Assembly: GCA_965287045.1 (NCBI GenBank)
Contig: OZ336888.1
Coordinates: 30,628,001 to 30,692,000 of the forward strand
Reading direction: 5' to 3'
Length of the DNA stretch: 64,000 nucleotides
DNA from: Carcharhinus amblyrhynchos
Lineage: Eukaryota
Part shown: positions 41,011 to 53,477 of the stretch, piece by piece
Layout of the letters: each line of letters opens with the position of its first letter
Numbering within the stretch: the first letter of the stretch is position 1
Position numbers and translations under genes: made by a program
The notes under the pieces: generated by a model
The model's database searches: none
Told to the model about the DNA's origin: nothing
Seen by the model: the letters and a program-made list of their open reading frames with translations, nothing else

Positions 41011-41927
41011 CTGGTGTCACAGAAAGAATTCAAAAAAATTGATTATCACTTGTCTTCACAAAGAATGTGAATAAAATCCGAGAGGTCTTAAAAGGCTTCA
41101 GAGCAAACTAACTGAGGGCTGACACGAGTTCGGCAGAGAGCTTCTGAAAAGTCCCAAAATTCTGGAAGGGATGGGGAATTAATCCCGAAAAGGTTGAGCT
41201 GTTTTTCTGAACAGATGAAATGGCCGAAGACATCTTTTGCAGCTAGCCCTATAGATGAAGGAATAGCAGGTCACTCTGCCGCACAAAGGCACAATGGGGG
41301 TGCTGGGAGCTTCCAACTTCAGCCACACAAATGATTCTTTCCCTGAGACAGGGTCTCCAGTTTCACACTGGGTAGATGGAGGATTGCCTCATGTTCCAGG
41401 CCTGTGTGCTTGTGCAAATTTAGGCACTGTCCTAGTTTTCTGGTGACTCCCTGGATTTTCTGAACTATAATTTGTATTCATGAGGTCACTGGAGTTAAAC
41501 TGATTTGAACAGAGCAGCAGGTCACTGAAAGCACAGACTGAGTAAATTTTCAATGCCAACAGCTTCAGAAGTCTTCATTATTACACAACTAAAGAAATTA
41601 ACAATTTATCAATGAATATTTAACAGCAATGAAAAAATAGTCCCCAATGATGAAGCACAGCAGTAAAGATTCTTTATTACCTGTAGAAATGAAAAAGAAT
41701 ATTATTGCTTCAGTTGTGTGCCATTTTGAAATGGGAAATTGTTCAGGAATGATGGACAAAACTCAATCCAATGACCAGTGGATTAGACCAAACAGTTTTC
41801 TGCTCTGCAGAGCTCACAGTTACAATCAGTAACACATTTACCTTTGAACCATCAGGGGAGCTGTGTGCCATTTAAGAACTTGTGAAGCAAACTGAGAAAA
41901 CATCAAGCTAATCGACTTGTTGTTTAC

Positions 41928-42136
41928 CTGTTGCCTGGTTGATGAGACCCGCAGCCCATATTGATGGAAAACTCTGCTAAATGAGATGGTGATGGTGGCA
42001 TCACAGGTAGAATGTGGAAGAAGTCCACAGCCCACACATTCCTGTTCAGTCCTTGATGACTCTTCTGTTTCAAGCAGAACCTTGTGGCTGACGTCTGCAG
42101 TTCTGGAGCGATGGCAACTGAAACCAGGGTTGTTTT
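41928..42136 (-). CDS. RELN: Reelin exon (~14), [44 protein letters not shown]...GCGSHQPGN(S)
   Basis: ORF track 41924..42220; tttacag acceptor, GTAAA donor; 209 bp. Confidence 0.96.
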
Positions 42137-43367
42137 CTGTAAACAATAAGTTAAACACGTAGTCCTCTCTTTTAATCTTTTAATTCTGCCCATAAGTGTG
42201 CAGTGAACATTCTCATGCATCTACATACACTGAAATTAGCCAAGAATGGTCATATATCAGATGTTCAGGTATGACATAATATTAAAAATGTTGACGACTA
42301 TTGAGGACCTTGGTCCATTTCTGTTGGCACTAAAAAAACTTCTGGTTTCCTCTGACAGTCCGAATGACACGCTGGTTAGCATTGGCCATGCTAAATTCTC
42401 CCTCAGCCTATCGCCGGAGTGTGGCGACTGGGGGAATTATCACAGTCACTTCACTGCAGTGTTAATGTAAGCCTATTAGTGACACTAACAAATAAGCTTT
42501 TAAAAGAATTTCACACTTCACACCCCTCTTCAGCTCAAAGAGCCTTTTGGAAATAAGTAAACATGGGACAAAAGGGGGAACTATAACCAATCTGTCTGAG
42601 TAACTCTGCAAAGTGACTGGAGGCAAGGTGACCGGAAATTGTTTTATTTACACCAAGCAGCTAAAGAGGACTCCCAGAACTTGGCTTTATACGAATGGAA
42701 TATAATGCTCCTGCTTCTAAAGTAAAGTTGAGGGGAAGTAACAACTACAATTTGTAATTGCAACATAGCTTTAATAGAATAAAACATTCCAAGGTTAAGG
42801 TTAGGGTACTTCACAGGAGCATTTTCTAACAAAATATGACATCATGCCACATAAGATGACCTTAGGTCAGGTGACCAAAAGCTTGGTCATCTCATAACCC
42901 AAGATAGAATATGCTATCATTACTATAACTCTGCAACTTGCTCATTCAGCTGCTGACTCTGACTGATGTAGAGAAATCGTATTTATGGGCTACAGTTAAA
43001 CTAACAATGACTACATTTTTGTGATTTAGTCTCTTCATTCAGGTTGGTTCACCCAGTTGGCTGGACAGTTAGGGTGCAGTGCAGAATAAGGGCAACAACA
43101 TGGGCTTGATCCCTGTACCGACTAAGATATTTCTTGGGGCGTGCCTCTTCACCTTGCCTCAGCAATATCATTAACAACCCTCAGAGAATGAAGATGCTAC
43201 ATAGAGAGCGGTAATTCCTTCACTCGTCCTAAACAACTATTTAAAGACTGCCATATGATAAGAAAATACGTATGTATGTACACAGATAAATATCACCGAA
43301 AATTAAGTATTCTTATCACTTAACATATTGTATTTTAAGAGCATGTATCTCCTTTCTGATCTCCTTT

Positions 43368-43737
43368 GGGGAGACAGTGGCATAGTGCCATTGTCACTAA
43401 ACTAGAATCAAAAAACCCAAGATGATGCTCTGGGGACCTGGGTTTGAATCCCATTAGAGCAAATGGTGAGATTTGAATTCAGTGAAAAAAAGAATTGGAA
43501 TTAAAAGTCTAATGATGACCATGAAGCCATTGTCAATTGTCGCAAAAACCCATCTGGTTCACTAATGTCCTTTGGGAAAGAAAATCTGCCATCCTTAACC
43601 AGTCCAGCCCACATGTGACTCCAGACCACAACAATGTGGTTGACTTTCAAATGCCCTCTGAAATGGAGAGCAATTAGAGATGGGCAATAAATGCTGGGCC
43701 CAACCAGCGACGCCCACAGCCTGTAAAAGTAAATAAA
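43368..43737 (+). mobile_element. Second tRNA-derived SINE family (SacSINE1/Deu-like, tentative)
   Basis: ggggagacagtggcatagtg...gggtttgaatccca head; homologous copies at 22649-23010 (+), 48745-49148 (-), 15705-16000 (-) and 33380-33600 (-). Confidence 0.7.
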
Positions 43738-44074
43738 ACTAAATACACTTCCCACCAATTTGTTGCCTGCATGCAGAGTCCTCCTAATGCCTGTCTTCCA
43801 TGGCTGATAGAGATAGTGACAGCAGACAACTCTTTCTTCACTTTTCCACCTTCGTGGAGAAGCTGACTGCCACACCACAGTGCAGATGTGGTGGTGATTG
43901 GAAACGTAGCTGAGTAGAAGCTGGGGATTGAATCTATGCCCCATCACTTGGTCACACTACCTTTCCTGTCTTCGTCTTGATTGAGCTGGGGGAAAAACTG
44001 TTAAATGAAAGTGTTTGCATCATGGTTTGATGTGTCGGGATTTAGTTCTCCATAGATGCAACAATTCTACCTAC

Positions 44075-44187
44075 CCTAAAGGATGAAAAAGGCAACACAT
44101 CCAAAACATGCTCTTTTCTACCCTCAACCACGGCATAGAGTGTGACATCGTTTTCATGTGAATCCCCTGGATTACAGGAACCAGCCC
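44075..44187 (-). CDS. RELN: Reelin exon (~13), AGSCNPGDSHENDVTLYAVVEGRKEHVLDVLPFSSFR
   Basis: ORF track 44042..44257; tgtcag acceptor, GTAG donor; 113 bp. Confidence 0.95.
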
Positions 44188-44946
44188 CTGACAGAAAGAG
44201 ATAGAATATTATTTCTTGTGTAAACATGGCTAACCGGCAAACTATCTGATCACACAACTTCTAGGAATACAAAAGATAATCTAAACTACCCCGTATTTAG
44301 TTACATTTTTATTTGATCTGGTTCATAGACACAATTAAAATAATACTGCTCCATCAGTATAAACACAAATATTGAGGTCTGTTTGCAAAGCTACGAGCTG
44401 TCTGTCGCTGCACTGAATAAAACAGAACAGCAAGATAAGTCTAAGGAAAATCTTGCTGCACAGATGAATATTTAAAAGGGGGCTAAAGGGAGTTGGCCTC
44501 ATAATTCTGTGGCCATTCCTATGTGCTCCTAACACAGAAGGAGACACTTCCAGAAAAACTGGAGGAATAAGAAAAAGATTAATCATTATTTTGTGGTTCT
44601 TTATGGGTGCAAACTTAAGGTCCTGCCTTAAACATTCTGTCTGTTTAAACATTGCCATTAATTTCCAAAAGTGGTCTAACCATCCTATGTTAAAGGATAT
44701 GGATGTACAGCCCAATATTCAATTACACAGCAGTATAATTCAGGACCGTAACAATACATTTCACACAGCTTTACGTTATTTCATTCACGTGGTCTGAACT
44801 GGACATTCAGGATGTTTTTGTATCCGCACTTCTTCAGGCTTCCCAAAAGTGACCACAAAAATATTTTATTTCAGAACAAGTGAACATACACAGCAAACAT
44901 TTGTAATTAACCTCAGCCATGCTTCCTGTCTTTCCCCTTCACTCAC

Positions 44947-45098
44947 CCATGCTAAAGTAAAACCTGAGATTTCCATCGTTAGTAGTGTCCAGAACTGATG
45001 TGCAAACACTTCGCTCTTCATCTTTGAGGAACACAAGAGATGAGCCTGACTCGACCACACCACATTTGGTGCCAATGATAGCTCCTGATATTTCCCAG
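44947..45098 (-). CDS. RELN: Reelin exon (~12), [50 protein letters not shown](G)
   Basis: ORF track 44939..45133; ctacag acceptor, GTGAG donor; 152 bp. Confidence 0.95.
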
Positions 45099-45629
45099 CT
45101 GTAGAGAGAAAGAATGTGACAAACAGTCAACACAGCCTGTTTCTGCTTTGCACTTTAATTACAGTGGCGATAACACTTAAATCCCACTTTACTTTATAAA
45201 CATCAGCAGCAAACATAGTATTGTTTTAACCCCATTGAGGATGCTGAACTTTGAATAAAGTTGTCTATTAGGCTCACTGAAAATAATTATTAGGAATGTT
45301 AAAGTAAACACACTTCTCTTAACCCCAGGGGAAGATATGAAACATTAATCTGGGGTTTAAAGGATACAATTTGTGGAATGTGACTTTGTTAACAGCCATT
45401 TGAATGAATGAAAGAGGTATTCCTACAGAAAGTGTTTACTACAAAGTGACATTGATGATTTTCAGGAATAAATACCTGTATTAGCAAGAGAGTTTAAATG
45501 ATACAGTGAGGTAGAAAGGGATTGAGTTGATGATTCTCACTGTGAAACCAAGCACTAATTGGAGATCTGGTCAGTCCAGACGAAAAACATGCCGATTACC
45601 ACAGGGTCACGCGTTTAAACACAAGATTC

Positions 45630-45668
45630 TGCCGCTGCCGCCGCCACCGCCACCGCCACCACCCCCCG
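45630..45668. repeat. Imperfect (GCC/ACC)n microsatellite
   Basis: gccgctgccgccgccaccgcaccgccaccacccccc. Confidence 0.8.
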
Positions 45669-47349
45669 ATCTATTTAAAACCCTGACGGCAGTGGAGTCT
45701 CGGATACACAATCCGCAGTCATGGCTTGTATACTAATGCCAGACTGAGCACTGATATCAACTTTTGGCATTGAGGGGATGATGGAGGTAAACAAAACAAT
45801 CTCAAATGCCAAGCACCAGAATCAAAAATTAGAAATCTTAGGAATGCACTGTGAGTTAGTTAATGTCTAAAAGAAAAAGGCACATTTATGTTTTGGATGG
45901 GGCCATTAAACAGATACTAAGCAACAAAGAATCGGCTTTTGTATAGCATCTTTCAGGTCTTTGAATAAAATAATGCTCATTCTGACCAAACAGATTGATT
46001 TAGGCCCAATATAAAAAAAATCAAAATCCATTACCTATTTGTCAATATTGTGGAGTTTTGTTTGAAATCAACAAGAATCCATTAAAATTAATGAGATGTC
46101 ACTGGAATTAAAAGGGACTTATCTGGACAGTATTCGATGAAGACAATAAATACAAGTAACTGTGAAGAAAATCTGTAACGGGGAAGATAACTCTTTGTTG
46201 GGGGCAATAATCCTAATCTCTCTCTTCATATCTTCAATAATAATTTATTCTTACATAACACGTTTCATGCAGAAAATATCCTGAGGCTCTGCAGAGAGGG
46301 GAAGCAGTCAATAAGCAGCAATAGAAGAATTACATAAATATTTCAATATAGAAACAGGCTGTAGGCCCAACTGGACCACTTTGGTGTTTATCCTCCACAC
46401 AGCTAGTACTCCAGTGTGCTCTCACTGTTTCCATATTCTTTTATTCAATTCTCTTTCAACCACTGATTCAGTCTATTCTTAAATGCTGACATTGGCAGAT
46501 GAATTTTCAATTAACTGCAGAGGCAGGATCAAAGAATGCCAAACTGCAATTTCCCATTGGTTGGGATGTCAGTCTTTTGCTATGGCCTCAGTTTCAGGTC
46601 AGTTTCATTCCAAGATGGCTAATGAAAGATGTCGGGTGGGGGGTGATGGCTACCTGCCCGCAGGTCCATTAAAGGGTTTATTAAATCCACTCTGCTAAAG
46701 CTGACTGGAATAACGGGCCTGCTGTTAAGGCTGTAACAAGGCTGAGAGCCCTTCCACAAAGATGACTCAGTAGTAGTGGCCTCTTTGCAATTTTATCTGT
46801 TTAAAAAGTCTTAAAAGAGCACTCCACCTTGAGGTATCCTCCTTGTTCTTGCCTCCCCTACATTGCGGCTTCTACCTCTGAGGGTGCTGATGTGTTAGTG
46901 TTGGAGGGTCTCCTATTGGCTCACCCTAGCTGCTCATTAAAAATCATGTCAGACATCAGGCACTGACACAACATGGAGTCAAGACTCAGAAATACATCCA
47001 AAGTTGGTCCTGATCCATGAACAAAAGAATCAACCCCAAGTCAACGTAGCAATCACAAACTCCAGTTGTGTATTCCACAGTCTCACAACACTGGGTGTCA
47101 AAAACATAACAAGAACAAGAAGAAGCAATTGAAGGCACAGTTGAAGAATGAGATTTTGAGGAGGTTTTTTTTAATTTGACAATGTCCAAGAAGTCTGGGC
47201 TGAGACAGATGAAAGCTGTCATCAACTGGAGAGTAGAGGGAGAAGGGAATGTACAGGGGACTACAATCAGAAGGCTAGAACATAGAGCTGAACAAGATTG
47301 TGAGGTAGGATAAAGCATGAGTACAAAGTTAAGAAGGGTTAGAGGCCTC

Positions 47350-48730
47350 AAAGGGATACTGATAGGTTAAGTGAGTGGGCAAAGATTTATCAAATGAAGT
47401 ATAGTGTGGGAAGATGTGAAATTGTCCATCTTGGCAGGGAGAGTAAAAAAGAGTATTATGCAAATGGTGAGAGATTGCAGAGCTTTGAGGTGCAGAGGGA
47501 TCCAAGTGTCTTAGGGCAAATATAACAAAAGGTTAGTATGCTGGTACAGCAAATAATTAGGAAAGCTAATAGAATTTTGGTTGTTTATTGCAAGGGGAAT
47601 TAAGTATAGAAGTAGGAAGATTATGCTTCAGTTGTACAGATTAAAAGTGAGATCACATCTGCAGTACTATGCACAGCATTGGTATCTTTATTTAAGGAAT
47701 TATGTAAATGAGGTGGAAGCAGTTCAGAGAAGGTTTACCAGGCTAATGCTTGAAAATAACACCTAATAGACTAACATCTTCATTCAGCCTGAAAGCATGA
47801 TCCCAACCTTTCTGTTGTGTGTTATTTTAACTCAGCATCTTGCTCTCCTGATGTGTCCGTCCTTGACCTGCTGCGATGTTCCACTGAAGTCCAATGCAAT
47901 CTGGAGGAGCAGCAACTCATCTTCTGATTAGGCCCAGTACAGCCCTCAGGATTCAATACTGAGTTCTACAACTTTAGACTGTGACCTTTCCCCGCCATCT
48001 TAAACCCATCTTTAAATATTTCATACATTTATTGTCTCAATGCAAAAACCATCCCCTATTCCATACCAGGCCATCTGTCTCTTATTCTTAAGATTGCTAC
48101 ATCTTGTTACAATCTCTCCCAGTTACAGTATAATAACCAACACAGTTTCCCAATTTTTAGTTCTGATTAAGAGTCAAATGGATTGGAAACATAACTCTGT
48201 TTTCTCTCCCTACAGACGTTGCCAGATCTGTTGAGATTTTTCTGCATTCTTTGTTTTTGTTTCAGATTCCAGCAGCCACAGTATTCTGCAGCATATCTTG
48301 TATTATGAGTAAAGTTTGGACAAGGTAGGCTTGTAGCTTTGAAGAGTAAGGAGTGACTTGATTGAAACATCTAAGATCCTGAGAGGGCTTGACAGGGTAA
48401 CTGTGGAAAGGATATTTTCCCTTCTGGGTCACTATTTAAAAATAAGGGGTCATCAATTTAAGTCAGATTTGAGGAGAGGTTTTTCTCTCAGAGGGTCATG
48501 AGTCTTTGGAAGTCTCTTCCTCAAAAGACAATTAGAAGAAGAGTCTTTAATTTTTTTTAAGGCAAAGATACATAGATTCTTGCTAAGCAAGAGGATGAAA
48601 GATTATTGGGGTACATGAGAATGTGAAGTCTAGGTTACAATCAGGTCAGCCACAATCTTATTGAATGGCAAAGCAGACTCTAGGAGCCAAATGGCCTACT
48701 CCTGTTCCTCTAGTACATATATGTTCATAA
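47350..48730 (+). mobile_element. Decayed CR1 fragment interrupted by a Penelope-like remnant
   Basis: FIARGIKYRSRKIMLQLYR...QRRFTRL (47581..47766); CR1 sequence resumes near 48300 and runs to the 3' UTR. Confidence 0.8.
47775..48290 (+). pseudogene. Penelope-like element 3' remnant (GIY-YIG endonuclease C-terminus plus pLTR)
   Basis: One frame 47775-47984 reads HLHSA*KHDPNLSVVCYFNS...NLEEQQLIF*LGPVQPSGFN (both internal stops are TGA, consistent with CGA decay); followed by degenerate hammerhead ctgattaagagtc...ggaaacat near 48163. Confidence 0.7.
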
Positions 48731-48744
48731 GGTGGAAATTAGAA

Positions 48745-49148
48745 TCTTTTTCTTTATTCTTTCATAGGATGGGGGTATCTACGGCCAGCATTTCTTGCCC
48801 ATCCCTCATTACCCCTCTATGGTATAACTTGTTAGGCCCATTTCAGAGTGCAGTTAAGAGTCAACCACATTGCAGTGGGTCAAGAACCACATGTAGGCCT
48901 GACTGGGTAAGGATGGTGATTTCTTTTCCTAAAGCTCATTCGTGAACCAGGTGGATTTTTACAACAATCGATGATGGTTTCCTGTTCACCATTACTGAGG
49001 CCAGCTTTATATTCCAGATTTATTAATTCACTGAATTTTCAATTCCACCAGCTGCCATGGTGGGATTTGAACTCATGTTGCCAGAGCATTGGTCTGGGCC
49101 TCTGGATTACTAGTTCAATGATAATACCGCTATGCCACCATATCCCCC
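48745..49148 (-). mobile_element. Second SINE family copy
   Basis: Reverse complement homologous to 43368-43737. Confidence 0.7.
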
Positions 49149-49971
49149 AAATGAACGATAAAGTAGATGATGACTATGGTTGAAACATCAGAAAATCAAG
49201 GCTTAGCATGTCCAATTGGCTACATAGGAAGGTGACCTGCATCACTGACCATGGAGCGTGGGTCATTTGTATATATTGTACAGGAAGAGAAAAGTAACAA
49301 TAATGGAAACATCTCCTCAAAATATTATTTGTAGAACAATCATGATATCCATAATTTATTCATGCAGTTACAAATAGAAAAGAGAACATTTTTTCCCTTT
49401 AAAAATATTGCAAATACTGGAAATATGAATTTTTCCCCTATGTTACACAAAGACGTTTCACAGCTACTCAGAATAAAATTGCTGAGATCTCAAATATTAT
49501 GGACTCTTGTTGGGTTAACTGAAAATTGAACTCTCCAGGGAGGGTGTTGCATGCATATCCTTGAGCAGTCGATTGAATGCGGGTGAGGCACTGAGGATAG
49601 GTTCAGGGAATTAAATTCCCTGTGCTGTCAAGTGCTTTTTCTATAACAGCAACTGTACAGAAAATGTTTTGGGGAAACTCTGTAGCAGTGAACTGAGTGA
49701 AGATTATTTATTTTTCTAGTGCTCTGAAGAAAATAACTTTGATTAATACCATTATACGTTCAGAGGGAAACAAAGAGTTAAAATATTTTTTGCCAGTGCA
49801 GCTTTTACATCCCACTAGAAATATTTAATTCTTTCTCTCAGCAAATTTCTTTGACATCCAGCTGCACTTTAAATATGTATGTGTGGGGCTAATGCAACCC
49901 TTCTTTGAATCTCACTTATCCCCCAGATAGCTGTACACATATTCAGAATACTAGAGATAACAAGCACTTAC

Positions 49972-50117
49972 CCTGCAGGCTGACTTTCAAACTCTTCCAC
50001 CCACTGCGTTACAATGCCTTCGGTCCAAAGATCAACATCCCTGGTTGTTACAAAGTTAAAATCAGTGCCCTCAGTCCCATGGAAATACATGGAGTTACCA
50101 TCAGATTGACAGCTATG
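49972..50117 (-). CDS. RELN: Reelin exon (~11), [48 protein letters not shown](G)
   Basis: ORF track 49968..50183; ccacag acceptor, GTAAG donor; 146 bp. Confidence 0.97.
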
Positions 50118-51169
50118 CTGTGGGGAGAGAGAGAGATAGAGTGCATTACAAGGACTCAGGACACTAGTTTGTAACCACAACAAAATCTGGCTTCAACAAA
50201 GAGAATTTTGAAGAGAGTTTTTCAATTATTTATTCATTATTGCCTTAAGCATGAAGTCAAATTACAGTTAAACAACACAGCAGCTCCCCCTCAGTCAAAG
50301 TATCACCGTGATAAATAGAATATTTATTTTGATGAGTGTTTTGCAGGCTGATTATTTAAAGCAACGATAAAATGCAAATGTCTGGTTTTTATGACTACAA
50401 TTGTTTTAGCAATACTCTTTAATGCTTGATTTCAGTGATTCTAAGTTTCTCATAACTGTAGTTTCTCACTTGTGGTTTCATTCTCCGTAATCTACATTAA
50501 TCTCCATTTTTAATGGGGTTTTTTATATAGTGCTCTATCCACAAAATTATATACAGTAGTCGAACTAAAACCTAAATAAAATTACTGTTGTCTATTTGAT
50601 CTTGTACTTTAAAGTCTCTATTTATAAAATCAAAAATTTCTGCGGCCTTTCTTATGGCTTTATTCAGTTGCTTTGCACATTCAAAGAAGCCACTCTGTTT
50701 ACCCACACCCTTTGGTATCTTTCCATTGACTGTACACTTGGTTTTCTATCCAAGATATATTATCATGTATTACTCCACACTAAATTACCACTTTTGCTTT
50801 TTTTTGCTAACCTGACTATGCCCTCCTGAAGCCTCCTAAAGCCCTGATCTTTATTTGCCTAATCTCTCAATTTAGTATCTTCAACTAATTTTGATTCTGT
50901 GTTTCTAAGATCCATATCCAAATCAGTGATCTATCTTGAAAATAAACTGATCCCTGGAAATGCTACTTTTAACTCTCCTCCAATCCAAGCAAAATGCAAT
51001 ACCTCTAACTCACAAACCAACTTTCCATCCCTGCTGCCATATTTCCTCATGTCCCACATTGCTGGACTCTTGTAATAACCTTCTTGTGAGACACCCTATC
51101 GAAAGCTGATTGGAAGTTAATGATTGGAATTTTTCAGCCATTCATACCCTGTCGCTGCTGCAAATGAGA

Positions 51170-52461
51170 ATGGAAGGGAAGTCGTGTCTGACAAATTTAC
51201 TGGAGTTCTATGAGGATGTGTCTAGGGCAGTGGATAGAGGAGAGCCGGTGGATGTGGTCTTTCTGGATTTTCAGAAGGCGTTTGACAAGGTACCTCACAA
51301 GAGGTTATTGCAAAAGGTCAGGGGACATGGAGTTGGGGGTAGGGTGTTAGCGTGGATAGAGGATTGGTTGTCAAATAGGAGGCAGAGAGTGGGGGTCAAT
51401 GGGTGCTATTCGGATTGGCGGATGGTGACTAGTGGGGTGCCCCAGGGGTCGGTGCTGGGGCCTCAGCTATTTACCATTTATATAGATGATCTGGAGGAGG
51501 GAACTGAGTGCAGGGTGTCGAAATTTGCTGATGACACCAAGATTGGGGGAACGGCAAATTGTGCGGAGGGTGTGGAGAGTCTGCAGAAGGATCTAGATAG
51601 GCTGGGCGAATGGGCCAGGAAATGGCAAATGGAATTTAATGTTGGCAAGTGTGAGGTGGTCCACTTTGGTAGGAAGAATGGTAGGAAGGACTATTACTTA
51701 CGTGGCGAAAAACTGCAGCAGGCGACGGTGCAGAGGGACCTCGGGGTCCTTGTGCATGAGTCGCAAAAACCCAGCTTGCAGGTGCAGCAGGTGGTCAGGA
51801 AGGCGAATGGGATGCTGGCCTTCATAGCGAGGGGGATTGAATATAAAAGTAGGGAGGTCTTGCTGCAGCTGTATAGGGCATTGGTGAGGCCGCAGCTGGA
51901 GTACTGTGTGCAGTTTTGGGCGCCGCACCTGCGCAAGGATATTTTGGCCCTGGAGGGAGTGCAGAGGAGGTTTACTAGGCTGATACCGGAGTTGAGGGGA
52001 TTGAGCTATGAGGAGAGGCTGAATAAACTAGGCTTGTACTCGTTAGAGTTTAGAAGAATGAGGGGAGATCTCATTGAGACGTATAAGATGATGAATGGGA
52101 TGGATAGGATAGAGGTGGAGAGACTCTTCCCGCTCAAAAAAGACAGTAGGACTAGGGGGCACAGCCTCAAGATAAAGGGGAGGCGGTTTAGAACGGAGTT
52201 GAGGAGGAACTTCTTCACTCAAAGGGTGGTGAATCTCTGGAATTCTCTGCCCGTTGAAGTGGTGGAGGCTGCCTCGCTAAATATTTTTAAGAAGCGGGTT
52301 GATGGGTTTTTGATAAGAGAAGGGATTAAGGGTTATGGGGAGAGGGCGGGAAAGTGGAACTGAGCCACGACAGATCAGCCATGATCTTATTGAATGGCGG
52401 GGCAGGCTCGAAGGGCTAGATGGCCTACTCCTGCTCCTATTTCTTATGTTCTTATGTTCTT
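51170..52461 (+). mobile_element. Young 5'-truncated CR1-clade LINE with intact RT and C-terminal ORF2 frame
   Basis: ORF 51110..52363 has KSCLTNL, DFQKAFDKVPH, GVPQGSVLGP, FADD, RRNFFTQRVVNLWN with no stops; 3' UTR ends in (ttcttatg)n; possible 6-bp TSD atgaga (51164-51169 / 52462-52467). Confidence 0.95.
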
Positions 52462-53203
52462 ATGAGAGTTTGGCACTCAGCCAAATCTCTGTTCACTTCA
52501 GCGGGATCAAAGAATCCCACTGGTGTAAACAGCCAGAAGATTCTGGCCAATATTTTCCACAATAATTGTATTCCTTTCATCTACATAATTAATCACATCC
52601 TCAAAAGATGTGATTAAATTTATCAAGCATTTATCTCTAATAAATTCACATTGATTTCTAAATGACCACAAATTTAATCTCAAATTAAGTTTTGACCACA
52701 GAAGACAACTGGCCAATATTTCTACAATGACCAGAGATATCCCTCTTTCGAAGAAAGGTGCCTTACTAACCATCCTTTAGTTGCATAGTAAGGAGAACTG
52801 AAAAGTTATGATCAAAGCATCTGGCAACTCTCTTTGACTTACTTCAGCTGCCTAAGACGTATGCCATCACAATCCAGTGACATCCATCTTGAATTTGTTT
52901 ACTTTTCTCAGAATCAATTAATTTGGTAGGCCTAGGTAAGAGTCAGTGTAGACTCAATGGGCTGAAGGCCTCCTTCTCCACTGAAGGGATTCCATCTCTC
53001 TATGATTTTTCTGCAGTTTACTTCTAATAATAATAAGAATGGAACATGAACACTGGCATAGACACGTTGGGCTGAATGGTCTGTTTCTGTGCCATTTTTC
53101 TATGTAATCCAATGTAATAATTCCATATCCTACTCTGAACATTTATATTCCAACATCATTAGTAAAGCAACGTATTTATATTATGCCATACTGTCATGTT
53201 CCA

Positions 53204-53477
53204 CAAAGCTAATTAACCAAAGCTTTTTTTTAGTTATGAATGCATGGAAGGAACTGACTGAACCTACATATTAAATAAATTGTTCCTTTAACAGTTACAG
53301 CAAAATGATCCACCAACTTCCTTTGTTGTGTGATCCAATTATTAATAACACAAGACAACATGGAAGTTGGTGGATCATTTTGCTGTAACTGTTAAAGGAA
53401 CAATTTATTTAATATGTAGGTTCAGTCAGTTCCTTTCATGCATTCGTAACTAAAAAAGCTTTGGTTAATTAGCTTTG
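53204..53477. repeat. Palindrome/foldback with ~117-bp arms and 40-bp spacer
   Basis: 53204-53321 is the reverse complement of 53362-53477 with 2 substitutions and a 2-nt T-run difference. Confidence 0.95.

Noticed and set aside
43501-43947. 148-aa minus-strand ORF next to exon 13 as an alternative exon
   Set aside because: About half of it is antisense SINE sequence, and it shows no reelin or domain similarity.
45527-45736. Polyproline ORF
   Set aside because: It arises from a GCC/ACC microsatellite, with no other coding signal.
51110-52363. 417-aa ORF as a host gene or autonomous retroelement
   Set aside because: It is the 3' part of CR1 ORF2. The first ~20 codons are flanking DNA, and there is no endonuclease, ORF1 or 5' UTR.
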